Source: an uncultured delta proteobacterium (GTDB lineage: Bacteria; Desulfobacterota; Binatia; JACPRU01). From it: a stretch of DNA of 64,000 bases. A model generated the notes under the pieces. The model searched no databases. It saw only the letters and a program-made list of their open reading frames with translations, and had not been told where the DNA came from. Below are positions 1-10,871 of the stretch, one piece after another. Position 1 is the first letter of the stretch. Every line of letters starts with the position of its first letter. Position numbers and translations under genes: made by a program. The stretch spans positions 1 through 64,000 of the forward strand of contig CAVUWD010000011.1 of assembly GCA_963745025.1 (NCBI GenBank). The letters run 5' to 3'.

Positions 1-45
1 GATATTGCGTATCTTCCTCGCTCCAAGCTGTCCGTCAGCCGTCAC

Positions 46-861
46 ATGTCCGAACGCCCCGGCCACCTCGCCGAGTCCGAATTCGCTTCCCCTGCCGGCA
101 CGTCCGACGGCGGGAAATACGTCTACTGCATCGTCCGCAGCGATCGCCAGCGCGACTTCGGCTCGATCGGCATCGGCGGCGGCCAGCGGGTGTTCACCGT
201 CGCCTACCGGGACCTCGCCGCCGTGGTGAGCGACACGCCGATCGTCATCTACGACCCGACGCGCGAGAACGTCCTCGCCCACGAGTTCGTCAACGAGACG
301 GTGATGCGCGAGTTCACGGTCATCCCGATGTCGCTTCGGCACCGTGTTCCGGTCCGAGGACGACGTCACGGAGCTGCTGCGCTCGACGTATCAGGCGTTC
401 AGCGACGTGCTGGACAAGATGCAGGACAAGATCGAGTTCGGGCTCAAGGTGCTGTGGGACCGCGAGAAGGTCATCGCGAACCTCGAGCGGGAGAACGACG
501 AGATCCGCCGGCTCAAGGACGAGATCAGCCGGCACACGACGAGCTCGACGTACTTCGCGCGGATGCAGCTCGGCCGGCTGATCGAGTCGGCGCTCGAGGA
601 CATGAGCGCGCGGTACGTGGCCGACATCCACGAGGCGCTCAAGCCGGTCGCCGTCGCGAGCCGCTCGAACAAGCCGATCGGCGACCGGATGATCCTGAAC
701 GCCGCCTTCCTCGTCGATCGCGCGCAGGAGCAGGCGTTCGACGAACGGGTGAAGGAGACGAGCCGGCAAGTACGAGGACGTGCTGACGCTTCAAGTACTC
801 GGGGCCGTGGCCGCCGTACAACTTCGTGAATATCAAGTTGAAGCTGGAGAAGGCGGACTGA
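46..861 (+). CDS. gvpF: Gas vesicle protein GvpF (GvpL/GvpF family), broken by apparent sequencing frameshifts
   Basis: Stitched from ORFs 46..786 and 344..829: KYVYCIV, ENVLAHEFVNETVM, IPMS-GTVF, MILNAAFLV and C-terminal GPWPPYNFVNIKL, stop TGA at 859-861; directly upstream of gvpG. Confidence 0.88.
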
Positions 862-917
862 CGGGGACGGATGCGGGCGCGGGTATCAGCCAAGCCGCAG
901 CCGCCGGCCGATAGCCG

Positions 918-1229
918 ATGAGCAACCGAACCCACCAAGCTCCTCTTCTTCCCGGTCACCGGTCCCGTCGCCGGGATCAGGTGGTCGCTTGGGCAAGGTG
1001 CAGAACGTCGTCGAGGAAGAGCTGCACCGACGATGCGCCGGTGAAGCAGGACCTCATGGAGCTGCAGATGCAGCTCGAGCTCGGCGACATCGACGACGCC
1101 GAATACGTCGAGCGCGAAGCCGCGCTGATGACGCGCCTGCGCGAGGTGCGCGCCTGGCGCGAGCGACTCGGCAAAGGCGACGAGCGGCGGACCAGTGCGC
1201 GTCGCGCGCGACGACAGCGCGAGGAGTGA
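918..1229 (+). CDS. gvpG: Gas vesicle protein GvpG (frameshifted near the 5' end)
   Basis: Stitched reading gives KLLFFPVTGPVAGIRWSLGKVQNVVEEEL-DDAPVKQDLMELQMQLELGDIDDAEYVEREAALM, the GvpG pattern. Confidence 0.85.
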   Translation: MSNRTHQAPLLPGHRSRRRDQVVAWARCRTSSRKSCTDDAPVKQDLMELQMQLELGDIDDAEYVEREAALMTRLREVRAWRERLGKGDERRTSARRARRQREE

Positions 1230-3140
1230 GCGCGCTCGACGCGCTGCTCGCAGTCGCTCCCCGCGCACGTCGCTCGTCGTCGGCAAAGGCGGCGTCGGAA
1301 AGACGACGTGCGCCGTCGGCATCGCTGCCGCGTTCGCGCGGCGCGGCGAACGAACGCTACTCGTCTCGACCGATCCCGCCGCGGCGCTCGCCGAGGTGAT
1401 CGGCGCGCCCGTCGTCGACGCACGCCGATCCCGTCGCGGGCAACAGCCGACCTCGACGCGCGCCAGCTCTCGGCGCCGGAGCTGCGCGCGCGAGTTTCTC
1501 GGCGGTGGCGCGATGACGATCGCCGAGATCATCGATCGCGGCACGTATCTCGATCGCGACGACGTCGACGGCCTGGTCGACGCGGCGCTCCCGGGCGTCG
1601 ACGAGATCTTCGCGCTGCTCGCGCTCGCCGAGCTCTCGCGATCCGCGTCGGCGCAGTACGCGCGCATCGTCGTCGACACCGCGCCGACGGGACACACGCT
1701 TCGTCTGCTCGCGCTGCCCGGAGACGTTTCGCGCGCTGCTTGTCGATGCTCGACGCTGATGCAGGACAAGCATCGCTTCATGGTCCGCGCGCTCACGCAT
1801 CGCTATCGCCGCGACCGGGCCGACGACTTTCTCGACGACATGCGCGTCGCGCATCGACGCGCTTCGCGCCGCGCTCGCCGACGCGCGAGTCGGTCGCCGC
1901 GGTCGTCGTCACGCGCGCGGAGCCGGTCGTCGCCGCCGAGACGCGCGCGCTACCTCGAGCGCTCGCCGCGCTCGCGTGCGCGTCGCCGCGATCGATCGTC
2001 AACGCGGCCGATGGCGAACCGGTAGCCGATGGACCGCTCGACCCGTCGGCTCCGCGTTATCGCCTCCCGCGCGCGGAAGCCGTCCGAGTCGGCAGTCAAG
2101 GAAGTCGTCCCGATGCTGCTCGGAGCGCTGAGCGACAGACGACCGAACGCTCGGCGCCAGCAACGCTGAGCGACCGGATCCAGCGTTCCACGTTCACGCG
2201 CGACGCCCACCGTTCGCGACCAGCGATCACCGGACCACCGCTCAGGACCGCTCACGATCGTCGGCGGCAAAGGCGGCGTCGGCAAGAGCACGGTGGCGTG
2301 CGCGCTCGCCATCGCGGCGACGGAGCGCACGGCGGCACTCACGCTGCTCGTCTCGACCGATCCCGCGCCGTCGATCGCCGACGCGCTCGGGCGAGCGACG
2401 CGGCGTGGGCGCGCGCCGACATCGAAGTCGAGCTCGACGACGCGCCAGGTCTCGTCGTCGCGACAGATGGACGCGACCGCCGCGTTCGCGCGCGTGCGCG
2501 ACACGTATCAGCACGCGCATCGACGCGCTGTTCGACGGCGCTCGTCGGCCGCGGCGTCGACGTCGAGCGGGATCGCGCCATTCTGCGCGATCTTCTTGCG
2601 CTCGCGCCACCGGGCATCGACGAGGTGTTCGCGCTCTCGATCCTTGGCGACGCGCTCGCCGAGCGTCGCTTTCGCCGCATCATCGTCGATCCCGCGCCGA
2701 CGGGACATCTGCTACGGCTGCTCGAGATGCCGGCGATCGCGCTCGATTGGTCGCACCGGCATCATGCGTCTGATGCTCAAGTACCGCGACGTCGTCGCGC
2801 TCGGCGAGACGCGCGCAGGAGCTGCTCGATTTCGCGAAGCGCACGCGCGCGCTCGACGACGCTGCTGCACGATCACGGCGCAATGCGGACTCGTCCTCGT
2901 CTCGCTCGACGAACCGGTCGTGCGCGCCGAACCGATGCGACTCGCAGCCGCGGTGCGCGCGCGCGGCATCGACGTGACGCCGCGATCATCTGGAATCGCG
3001 TCGACGACTCGCTCCGCCCTCTTCCTGCAACCGTTGCCGCGCGCCAGTTTTGCGCCGAGGAAGTTCAGCCACCGCCAATCGGCGCGCGAGCAATCCGCGA
3101 GTGGTCGCTTTCGTGGCGAATCGGGCTCCCGAATTCCTGA
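1226..3140 (+). CDS. Two-domain ArsA/GET3-family P-loop ATPase inside the gvp operon (several frameshifts)
   Basis: Two sets of motifs: GKGGVGKTT/STDPA/PGVDE/DTAPTGHTLRLL and GKGGVGKST/STDPAPS/PGIDE/DPAPTGHLLRLL; GTG start overlaps the gvpG stop (GTGA). Confidence 0.88.
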
Positions 3141-3150
3141 TCGATCGTCC

Positions 3151-3975
3151 ATGGGTTCATCGACGTCGAACGCGATCTGGTACGTGTACGGCATCGTGCC
3201 GGCGAGCTTCTCGCCCGCGACGCTGCCGGCCGGCCTGGACGACACCGACGTCGCGCTCGAGCGAGGCGACGCACGTCGCCGCGTTGGTGTCGGCGCTTCC
3301 GGCGCTCGCAGTACGCAGCCGCCGACGCTCGAGGCGAACAGCGGCGACGTCGAGTGGCTGAGTCCTCGCGCCGTGGCGCACGATCGCGTGCTCACATGGG
3401 CGAGCGATCTTGGGCCGGTCGTTCCGCTGCCGATGTTCTCGCTGTTCAGCGGACGGCCCGCGGTGCGCGCGATGCTTCGCGACCGCGAGGCGGAGTTGGT
3501 GGCGACGCTCGGGCGCCTCGCCGAGGGGCGCGAGTACGCGTTGCGCGTGTACCGTGTCGACAGCGAGCTGCTGTCGGCGATCTCGACTCTCAGCCCGCGG
3601 CTCGCGGAGCTGGCGGCCACCGCTGCGGCGGCGTCGCCGGGGCAGCGCTACCTGCTCGAGCGAAAGCTCGATGCCGAGAAGAGGAACGAGATGCGAGCCG
3701 TGACGCAGCGTCTCGTCGACGAGATCGCGTCCGCGCTCGGCGCGGCGTCGCTGCAGTCGGTTCGGGTGGCCATTCCGCGCGCCGACGGTGACAGCGCGGC
3801 CCGCGGCGTGATGATTCTCAACGCGGCGTTCCTCGTCGCGCCGGCACGCTTGGAGTACTTTCAGCAAACGCTCACGTCGCTCGTCGAATGCCACGCCGCG
3901 CACGGGCTGCGGTTCGACTTTACCGGGCCTTGGCCACCGTATCATTTCGCGAGCGAGGCCGATCGTGGCGCCTGA
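3151..3975 (+). CDS. gvpL: Gas vesicle protein, GvpL/GvpF family (probably GvpL)
   Basis: WYVYGIV, WLSPRAVAHDRVL, SPGQRYLL, MILNAAFLV, FTGPWPPYHF. Confidence 0.85.
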   Translation: MGSSTSNAIWYVYGIVPASFSPATLPAGLDDTDVALERGDARRRVGVGASGARSTQPPTLEANSGDVEWLSPRAVAHDRVLTWASDLGPVVPLPMFSLFSGRPAVRAMLRDREAELVATLGRLAEGREYALRVYRVDSELLSAISTLSPRLAELAATAAAASPGQRYLLERKLDAEKRNEMRAVTQRLVDEIASALGAASLQSVRVAIPRADGDSAARGVMILNAAFLVAPARLEYFQQTLTSLVECHAAHGLRFDFTGPWPPYHFASEADRGA

Positions 3976-4195
3976 CGACGACGCTGGCATCGACGAGGAG
4001 CAGCTCGTCCTCGGCGATCTGCTCAACCACGTGCTCGACAAGGGTGTCGTGATCACGGGAACGGTCACGATCTCCGTCGCTGATATAGATCTACTCATGC
4101 TCGACCTTCGCCTGTTGCTGACGTCGATCGAGACCGCGATTCGACAACGGCGTCAACCCAACGCTGACACAGCTCGCCTCGCCGCCGGACGGACG
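3965..4195 (+). CDS. GvpA/GvpJ/GvpS-family gas vesicle protein
   Basis: LGDLLNHVLDKGVVITGTVTISVADIDLLMLDLRLLLTSIET is the GvpA-family signature; the 3' end is uncertain because the frame reads through into the next gene. Confidence 0.85.
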
Positions 4196-4562
4196 ATGAC
4201 GACTCATTTGTACTGCGTACTTCCAGATGACACGGGCGACGCGATCCCGCCGGGGTTGAGCGGGCTCGCCGGCGCCCGGGTACGCGCCCTGCCCGTGGAT
4301 GGCCTCGTGGCCTGGGTCAGCGACGTCGCGCGCGACGTCCCGGTCTCGATCGACGAGGTGCGCGCGCACGATGCGGTCGTCGAGGCGGCGCTGGAGACCG
4401 GTTCGACACCCGTGCCGGCGCGCTACGGCCAGCGCTTCGACGACGACGACGCCTGCCGCGCCGCGCTCGCCAATCGCGCCGACTCCGTCGAGTCGCTCGT
4501 CGCCGACATGCAGGGTTTCGTCGAGATGACGCTGATCGTCACGCCGTCGACGCGCCGAGCGA
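4196..4562 (+). CDS. Third GvpL/GvpF-family protein, truncated at a chimeric junction
   Basis: MTTHLYCVL, VRAHDAVVEAAL, PVPARYGQRF, GFVEMTL; similarity stops at ~4560 with no GPWPPY C-terminus. Confidence 0.78.
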
Positions 4563-4586
4563 TCTGCTTCAGACGTTGGTCTTGCT
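4563..4586. other. Chimeric junction 1 with adapter-like remnant
   Basis: The gvp gene and the EamA gene are both cut here; TTCAGACGTTGGTCTTGCT resembles the nanopore adapter end TTCAGTTACGTATTGCT. Confidence 0.6.
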
Positions 4587-5294
4587 CAGCAGATAGGCCA
4601 GCGGCGCCATCGACGCGACCAGCAGCGCATGCCGCCACTGCGCACGTGCCGCCTGCACGAAGGCCGGCAGGTCGTGCAAGGCGGCCGGCATGTGCATGGG
4701 CAGGCGCACTAGGTTGCACAGGCAGACGAAGAGCACCGGCTGGATCGCCAGCACCTTGATGGCATACCCGTCGATGAGCGTGTAGGTGGCGATGCTGAGC
4801 CCGGTGGCCGCGCCCCAACCCAGCCCGGCGAGCACGCGCCGGCGCTGTGCGGCGTCGTGGCTGCGCGCCCAGACCGCCGTGCCACCGGCCACGAGGAAGA
4901 TGCCGGCGACCACCAGCATCAGACCGGCCCCGCCGAGCCAGCTCATGGTTTCGCCCAGCAGCACGAGGGCCCCGAGCGAAGCCAGCAGAGGGCCGGTGCC
5001 GCGCGCCACCGGGTAGACCACGGTGAGGTCGCTCTGCGCATAACCGCGCAGCAAGGTGTGGAAGTAGACGAGGTTGGCCGCGGCACTCGCCACGATGGTG
5101 CACCACTCGCGCCAGCTCCAGCGCGGCACCGTCTCCCAGCCCAGCCACAGACCGAGTGGCGGCGCCAGCACCACCTGGAAGGCCGTGAGCAGCAGCGAGA
5201 AGCGGGCGTCGCCACCGGCCTTCTTCGCAACCACGTTCCAGAGCGCATGCAGCAGCGCCGCGGCAATGACGAGGGCCAGGGCCGGCAGCGACAT
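4587..5294 (-). CDS. EamA/DMT family transporter, 3'-truncated at the junction
   Basis: MSLPALALVIAAALLHALWNVVAKK, DLTVVYPVARGTGP, YTLIDGYAIK; the last helices are missing. Confidence 0.85.
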
Positions 5295-5298
5295 GTGC

Positions 5299-6195
5299 TC
5301 AGCCCAGCGCCAGGCCAGCCACGCCGAGCGGCGATGCACGCCGCGCCGACGATGCGCAGCCCGCGGTCGCCCTCGCCCAGCAGGCGCCCGCCGAGCAGCG
5401 CGGCGAACAGCATCGACACCTCGCGCGCCGGCGCCACGTGCGACAGCGGCGCCATCGTGCACCGCATACAGCACCAGCACGTAGGCCAGCGGGCTGATCG
5501 CCGCGATGCAGCAGCGCGTGCCTCCACTGCGCGCGCCAGGCCTCGGCGCAAGCCGGCGCGGTCGCGCAGCGCGGCCGGCAGCATGAACGGGATGCGCAGC
5601 AGGTTGCCGAAGTAGTCGACCAGCACCGGGCGAGATCAGCAGCACCTTGACCGCGTAGCCGTCGATGACGCGTGTAGCCGGCGATCAGCGCGCCGGTGAG
5701 CGCGCCCCAGCGCAGGCCGGCCAGCGTGCGCTGACGTTGCGCGGCGTCGTGCGACTTGCGCCCACAGGCCGGGCCGCCGGCGATCAGGAACACGCCGCCG
5801 TGCAAACCGCGATCACGCCAGCGGCGCCCAGCGCCGACAGCCGCTCGCCCAGCAGCAGCACCGCCGCGACCGCGGCCAGCAACGGGCCCGCGTGCCGCGC
5901 GCCACCGGGTAGACCACGCGTGAGGTCGGCCTCGCGGTAGCCGCGTCAGCAGCACGGTGAAGTACAGCAGGTGAATGACGGCGCTGCACGAGCAGCCGGC
6001 CCACTCGCGCACGCCCCAGCGCAGCCACTGCGTGCAGACCGAACCACAGCGCGACCGGCGCCCACAGCACGCAGGTGATCAGCACGCTCCATCAGCGCGA
6101 AGTGGTGGTTGCCGCCAGCCTTCTTGGCGGCGACGTTCCACAACGCATGCAGCATCGCGGCAACGAGCACGAGGCTCAGGGCGAAAGGCAGACAT
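5299..6195 (-). CDS. EamA/DMT family transporter (tandem paralog, frameshifted)
   Basis: LHALWNVAAKKAGG, VVYPVARGT, APLSHVAPAREVSMLFAALLGGRLLGE spread across several frames. Confidence 0.85.
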
Positions 6196-6262
6196 GAAGC
6201 CGGCGATTGTGCCGGGTGCGGTCGAGGCCTAGACTGGCTGCAGCTCACTGGACGGAAGCCTC

Positions 6263-6664
6263 ATGCGTGCACTGCTGATCTCGCTGCTGCTGATCTTGGC
6301 CCACACAACGGCCGTGGCCGCGTGCAGCTGCTTCCCGCCCGAAGTGCAGGCGAAGACGGCGCAGGAAGCCCTGCAAAAGGCGCAGGTCGCCGTCTACGGC
6401 CGGGTGCTCACGGTCGATGCGCTCGGCAAGGCCCAGGTGCTGGTGCTGGAGTCGGTTCAAGGGGCCACGCACCGGCGCCACCTTCGCGGCCGACCCGGGC
6501 GCGGGCACCTGCGAGACCCACCCACGTTCACGGTGGGCGAAGAAGCCCTGCTGCTATCGTTCACCGCACCGCTCACGGCCTGCGACAAGCTGCCGCCCGA
6601 CCACTACCTGCTCGACGCCTTCCGCAGCCAGCCGGCCACGCCCGGGCTGGCGATCCAGCGCTAG
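6263..6664 (+). CDS. Secreted protein with N-terminal Cys-Ser-Cys (TIMP/NTR-like)
   Basis: Signal peptide ending AVA-A followed by CSC; VAVYGRV; FTVGEEALL; further Cys residues; a probable compensating frameshift in the middle. Confidence 0.6.
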   Translation: MRALLISLLLILAHTTAVAACSCFPPEVQAKTAQEALQKAQVAVYGRVLTVDALGKAQVLVLESVQGATHRRHLRGRPGRGHLRDPPTFTVGEEALLLSFTAPLTACDKLPPDHYLLDAFRSQPATPGLAIQR

Positions 6665-6695
6665 GCGATATGCACAACCTTGTTCAGGAGACCCC

Positions 6696-7075
6696 ATGTT
6701 CGACCACGTCAAATTCGGCGTCAGCGACTACGCCAGGAGCAAGGCGTTCTTCCTCGAGGCACTCGCGCCTCTCGGGGTGACGGTCGTCTCCGAAGGGTCG
6801 CCGACCTACGGCGTCGAGCTGTGCCAACCCCAGGGCAAGTCTTCGTTGTGCCTGTTCCAGACCGAGGAGAAACCGGCGCACCTTCACGTGGCTTTCGTGG
6901 CCGAGCGCCGCGAGCAGGTCGACGCGTTCCACCACGCGGCGCTGGCGGCAGGCGGCCAGGACCATGGCGCACCCGGTGCCGCGACCCGCACTACCACCCC
7001 AACTACTACGCGGCTTTTGTCCTGGGCCCCGATGGGCACAACATCGAGGTGGTCTGCCACCAGCCCGAGGCCTGA
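6696..7075 (+). CDS. VOC (glyoxalase/bleomycin resistance) family protein, one frameshift
   Basis: MFDHVKFGVSDYARSKAFF, HLHVAFVAE, HYHPNYYAAFVLGPDGHNIEVVCH; AGGAG RBS. Confidence 0.88.
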
Positions 7076-7164
7076 TCTCGGGCCTGCGGAATTCCATGGT
7101 CACCTCGCAGGCATGGCACAGGCCCATACTGAGCCTCACCTACCTCGAACAGGGATCTCACGAA

Positions 7165-7527
7165 GTGCCGACCGTTCTTGCCCTGGGTCTTGACCCTGCC
7201 TGCGTCGAATTGCCCGATGCCCCAAACCTCACGCCACAACTCGTTCAAGCGTTCATCGACAGCCAGCTCGATCGATTGCGTGCGCTGGGCTATGAGGTTC
7301 ACAGTTGTCTGGTTGCCCCCGATCGAGCCGCCGAGGACCTGACCTCTCGCCTGCTTCAGGAGCGCTCATTCGACTGCGTGATGTTCGGCGCCGGCCTTCG
7401 AGCGCCGGCACAACTGCTGCTGTTTGAAAGGCTGCTGAATGTGGTGCACACACAAGCCCCGAACGCAAGACTCTGCTTCAACACGACCCCGGCCGATACC
7501 GCGGAAGCGGTGCAACGCTGGGTCTGA
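7165..7527 (+). CDS. Conserved hypothetical protein
   Basis: Plausible globular sequence with FDCVMFGAGLR, LFERLLNVVH and CFNTTPADTAEAVQRW. Confidence 0.7.
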   Translation: MPTVLALGLDPACVELPDAPNLTPQLVQAFIDSQLDRLRALGYEVHSCLVAPDRAAEDLTSRLLQERSFDCVMFGAGLRAPAQLLLFERLLNVVHTQAPNARLCFNTTPADTAEAVQRWV

Positions 7528-7555
7528 CACGACCGTGGTGCGCCGGTCGAGCGCA

Positions 7556-8605
7556 ATGCCGAAAACGATGAACAGCCCCCTGCTGGTTGAAGTGCTGCGC
7601 GGCACGGCCGTCGAATCGCGCCACACCGGCGCGCTGGCCGTGGTCGATGCCGAGGGCGCCCTGTTGCTGCACCTGGGCGATGTGGACCGGCCCGTCTTTC
7701 CGCGTTCGCCGTGAAGCTGCTGCAGGCCCTGCCACTGGTGGCCAGCGGTGCTGCCGCGCGCCTGGCCTGACCGACGCCGAGATGGCGCTGGCCTGCGCAT
7801 CGCACAACGGCGAGCCGGCCCATGTGCAAACGGCTGCCGGAATGCTGGCCAAGGCCGGGCTCGACGTGCACGCGCTCGAGTGCGGCGTGCACTGGCCGTA
7901 TCACGAAGGCTCGGTGCGTGCGCTCGCGCGCGACGGTGCATCGCCCAGCGCCTTGCACAACAACTGCTCGGGCAAGCATGCGGGCTTCGTGTGCCTCGCC
8001 TGCGCCATGGCCAGCGGGCAAGACGCGCAGGCCTTCGCCCGCGGCTACGTGCAACCCGAGCACCCGGTGATGCGCGAGGTGGGCGCGGCCCTGCAGGCCG
8101 CCACCGGCTTCGACCTCGACACCACGGTGCGTGCCGTCGACGGCTGCTCCATCCCGACCTACGCCATCCCGCTGCGCCGCCTGGCGCTGGCCTTTGCGCG
8201 CGTAGCCACCGGCGTCGGCCTCTCGCCTGAGCATGCACGCGCCGCACGGCGCCTGCGCGAGCCATCGCACGCGAGCCCTTCATGGTGGCCGGCAGCGGCC
8301 GCTTCGACACCCGCGTGATGGAGCGCCTGCGCGAGCGCACCTGCGTGAAGGTGGGCGCCGAGGGCGTCTATTGCGCGGCCTTGCCCGAGCGGGGGCTGGG
8401 CATCGCCATCAAGGTCGACGACGGCAACACCGCGCGCGCCGCCGAGGTGGTGATGGCGTCGCTCATCGAAGCGCTGCTGCCGCTGGACGATGCCGACGCC
8501 ACGTTCATGCGCAGCCTGAGCGAGCCGCGGCTGCGCAACTGGAAGGGGCTGGACGTGGGTGGGCTGCGGCCGGCCGCGGCGCTGCGTGACCTGCACCTCG
8601 TCTGA
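7556..8605 (+). CDS. L-asparaginase II (Rhizobium AnsA-type), frameshifted
   Basis: VESRHTG, FPRS, ACASHNGEP, HNNCSGKHAGF, DGCSIPT, KVGAEGV, KVDDGNTARA. Confidence 0.88.
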
Positions 8606-8753
8606 GCAGCAGGCGCCGCGACGCCATCACCAGCCAGCCGGCCAGGCCGCGCCAGGCGTCGTCGAACGCCTCGTCGCGCAGCGCCACCGCGCGCCGCCTG
8701 GCGGCGTCCATCACCTCGGCATGCACGTGGGGTGAGAGCGGGTGGTGGATCAT
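8505..8753 (-). CDS. Small hypothetical protein divergent from the LysR gene
   Basis: MIHHP...ARRRAVALRDEAFDDAWRG with AGGAGA RBS; the 3' end overlaps the asparaginase gene, so the end is uncertain. Confidence 0.4.
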   Translation of the reverse strand: MIHHPLSPHVHAEVMDAARRRAVALRDEAFDDAWRGLAGWLVMASRRLLLRRGAGHAAPRPAAAHPRPAPSSCAAAARSGCA

Positions 8754-8872
8754 GGCGGGTCTCCTGCAATGGGGTGACTGCACTCTAGGCAGCCCGGCCC
8801 CCGGGCGGACGGCAGCCAGCAGAAATGGGTGTTGCACCGCGCGCAAAGCCATCGCGCCTACCATCGCGCCCC

Positions 8873-9771
8873 ATGAACGGCCTGACCTTCGACGACCTCA
8901 AGCTCTTCGCCCGCGTGGCCGCCCTGGGCACGCTGTCGGCCGTCGGCGCGCGAGCGCGACGTGCCGGTGAGCCAGGTGTCGCGAGCGCTCGCCCGCATCG
9001 AGAAGACCTCGGGGGTGAAGCTCGTGCACCGCTCCACCCATGCACTCGCCCTGACGCCGCGAGGGGCAGACCTTTCTCGACTACTGCCACCGCATCACCG
9101 GCTCGCTCGACGAGCTCGAAGGCGAGTTCAGCGCCAAGTCACGCGAGCCCAGCGGCCTGGTGCGCGTGGCGGCGAGCACGGTGATGGCGCAGTACCGCAT
9201 CGTGCCCAGCCTGCCCGGCCTGCACCAGCGCCACCCGCGCGTGCAGGTTCGAGCTGGAGGTGAGCGACCGCCTGAGCGACATCACGCGCGACGGCATCGA
9301 CATCGCCATCCGCACCACCAGCACCCTGCCCGACACGCTGGTGGCTCGGCCGCATCGGCACGCACGGCCGTGCGCTCTACGCCACACCGGCCTACTGGCC
9401 CGTGCCGGCACGCCGCAGCACCCCGACGACCTGCGGCAGCACCCGCTCATCACCAACAGCGCCGCCACCGCACCTCAACACCTGGCCCTTCATCGTCGAC
9501 GGCGAGCCGCATACGCTCGTCGGTCGAGGGTGCTCTGGCGTGCCAACGACACCCGGTCATCGCCAACATGGTGCTGATGGGGTTGGGCATCGGGCGCCTC
9601 TCGACCATCGCCGCCGAGCCACTGGTGCGCGACCAGTTGCTCGTGCCCGTGCTGCCCGAGCTGGTGGACCTGCAGCCGGACCCGGTCTACGCCGTGACGG
9701 CCGGCACGCGGCACCGCCTGCCCAAGATCAAGGCCTGCATCGACTACTGGGTCGAGTGGTTCGCGGGCTGA
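8873..9771 (+). CDS. LysR family transcriptional regulator (frameshifted)
   Basis: HTH region DLKLFARVAALGTLSA..VSQVSRALARIE..GVKLVHRSTHALALT, then DGIDIAIR and LPKIKACIDY. Confidence 0.9.
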
Positions 9772-10733
9772 AGGGTGGCAGGCTGCACGCTGCGCGCGTA
9801 CGCGGTCACATGGCTTTGCGTCAACGCACGCACGGTCGCCTGCTCGACCGCGATCACCAGATGCCCGCCGCGCTCGAAGCGCACCAGCGTTGATCCCGCG
9901 ATGTCCGATCGCGGCGACTCGGCGTTGTCGGGGAGCTGCCAGCGATCATCGCCGGCGTTGAAGATCAGGTCGGGCCTGCACCGCCGAGATCCGCTCGTTC
10001 GGCAGGGCCGCCCGTTGTCGAACGCCAGCCGGCGGATCGCAGTGACACCGGGTTGATGAATCGATCACCGGTCGACCAGCTGACGCTGCGCGGGTGCCAG
10101 GGCCGGCGATCACCTGCTCGTCGGCGCCCATCAGGCGCGTCGACTTCTTCTGTACAGCGTCGCGACGGCCCAGTAGAACGCATCGTGGCGGAGCACCGCC
10201 TTCAGCATGTCGCCCTCTGGTTCGCCTGCGTCTCGCGCGCGTCGCCGGACGACGCCACGCCGGCCGAGATGAGCGTGAGCGACGAGACCGGCTCTCGGTC
10301 CAGCACGGCGAACAGCAGCGCTGAGGGCCCGCCATGCGACAGCGCCACGACGGCCACACCCGCTGCAGGCCCAGGTGGTCGAGCAGGCGGGCGTAGGCAC
10401 ATGCGCCTGCTCGTCGAAGGTGGCACTTGCGGGCAGGGCGGAGCGCAGGTAGCCGAAGCGCGACGGCGCGATCCAGTGGAACCCGTCTCCCAGCACCGCC
10501 TGCGCGATCAGTTCGCCCTGGTCGTAGCCGCCGCCACTGCCGTGGATCACCAGCACCGGCACGCCGGCGCCGCCTTCGGTGTACTCGATGTCGCCCTGGG
10601 GCGAGGCGAACACGGTGCCGCGCTCGCGAACGTGCTCGTAGGCCCGGTTCATGTCGCGCATGAACATCGCGGCTGCGAACAACAGCACCGCGAGCACCGC
10701 CAGCGCCATCCACCCCAGGATCGTCTTCGACAT
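9744..10733 (-). CDS. Alpha/beta hydrolase with N-terminal membrane anchor (frameshifted)
   Basis: PVLVIHGSGGGYDQG, APSRFGYL, nucleophile elbow ALSHGGPSAL, C-terminal FERGGHL. Confidence 0.8.
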
Positions 10734-10798
10734 GCCCCGCTCCTACCCCTGAGCAACTCAGCGCGCAGGCGAACTTGCGCCGCCGCCGACAAAACCCC

Positions 10799-10829
10799 TT
10801 GACCTAGAGTGCACTCGAGTTCCTAGCAT
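10799..10829 (+). promoter_or_regulatory. MerR-type sigma70 promoter with operator dyad
   Basis: TTGACC, 19-bp spacer, TAGCAT; the spacer holds the perfect palindrome GAGTGCACTC (extended CTAGAGTGCACTCGAG). Confidence 0.75.
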
Positions 10830-10871
10830 GTCTCCATCACGCCGGCACCGTGCCGGCAGACAGGAGCCTCC

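Noticed and set aside
1-8. GATATTGC at the window start as a nanopore PCR primer remnant
   Set aside because: An 8-bp match is too short to distinguish from chance
1226-3140. Arsenic resistance operon
   Set aside because: No arsenite permease, reductase, ArsD or ArsR nearby; the gene is coupled to gvp genes
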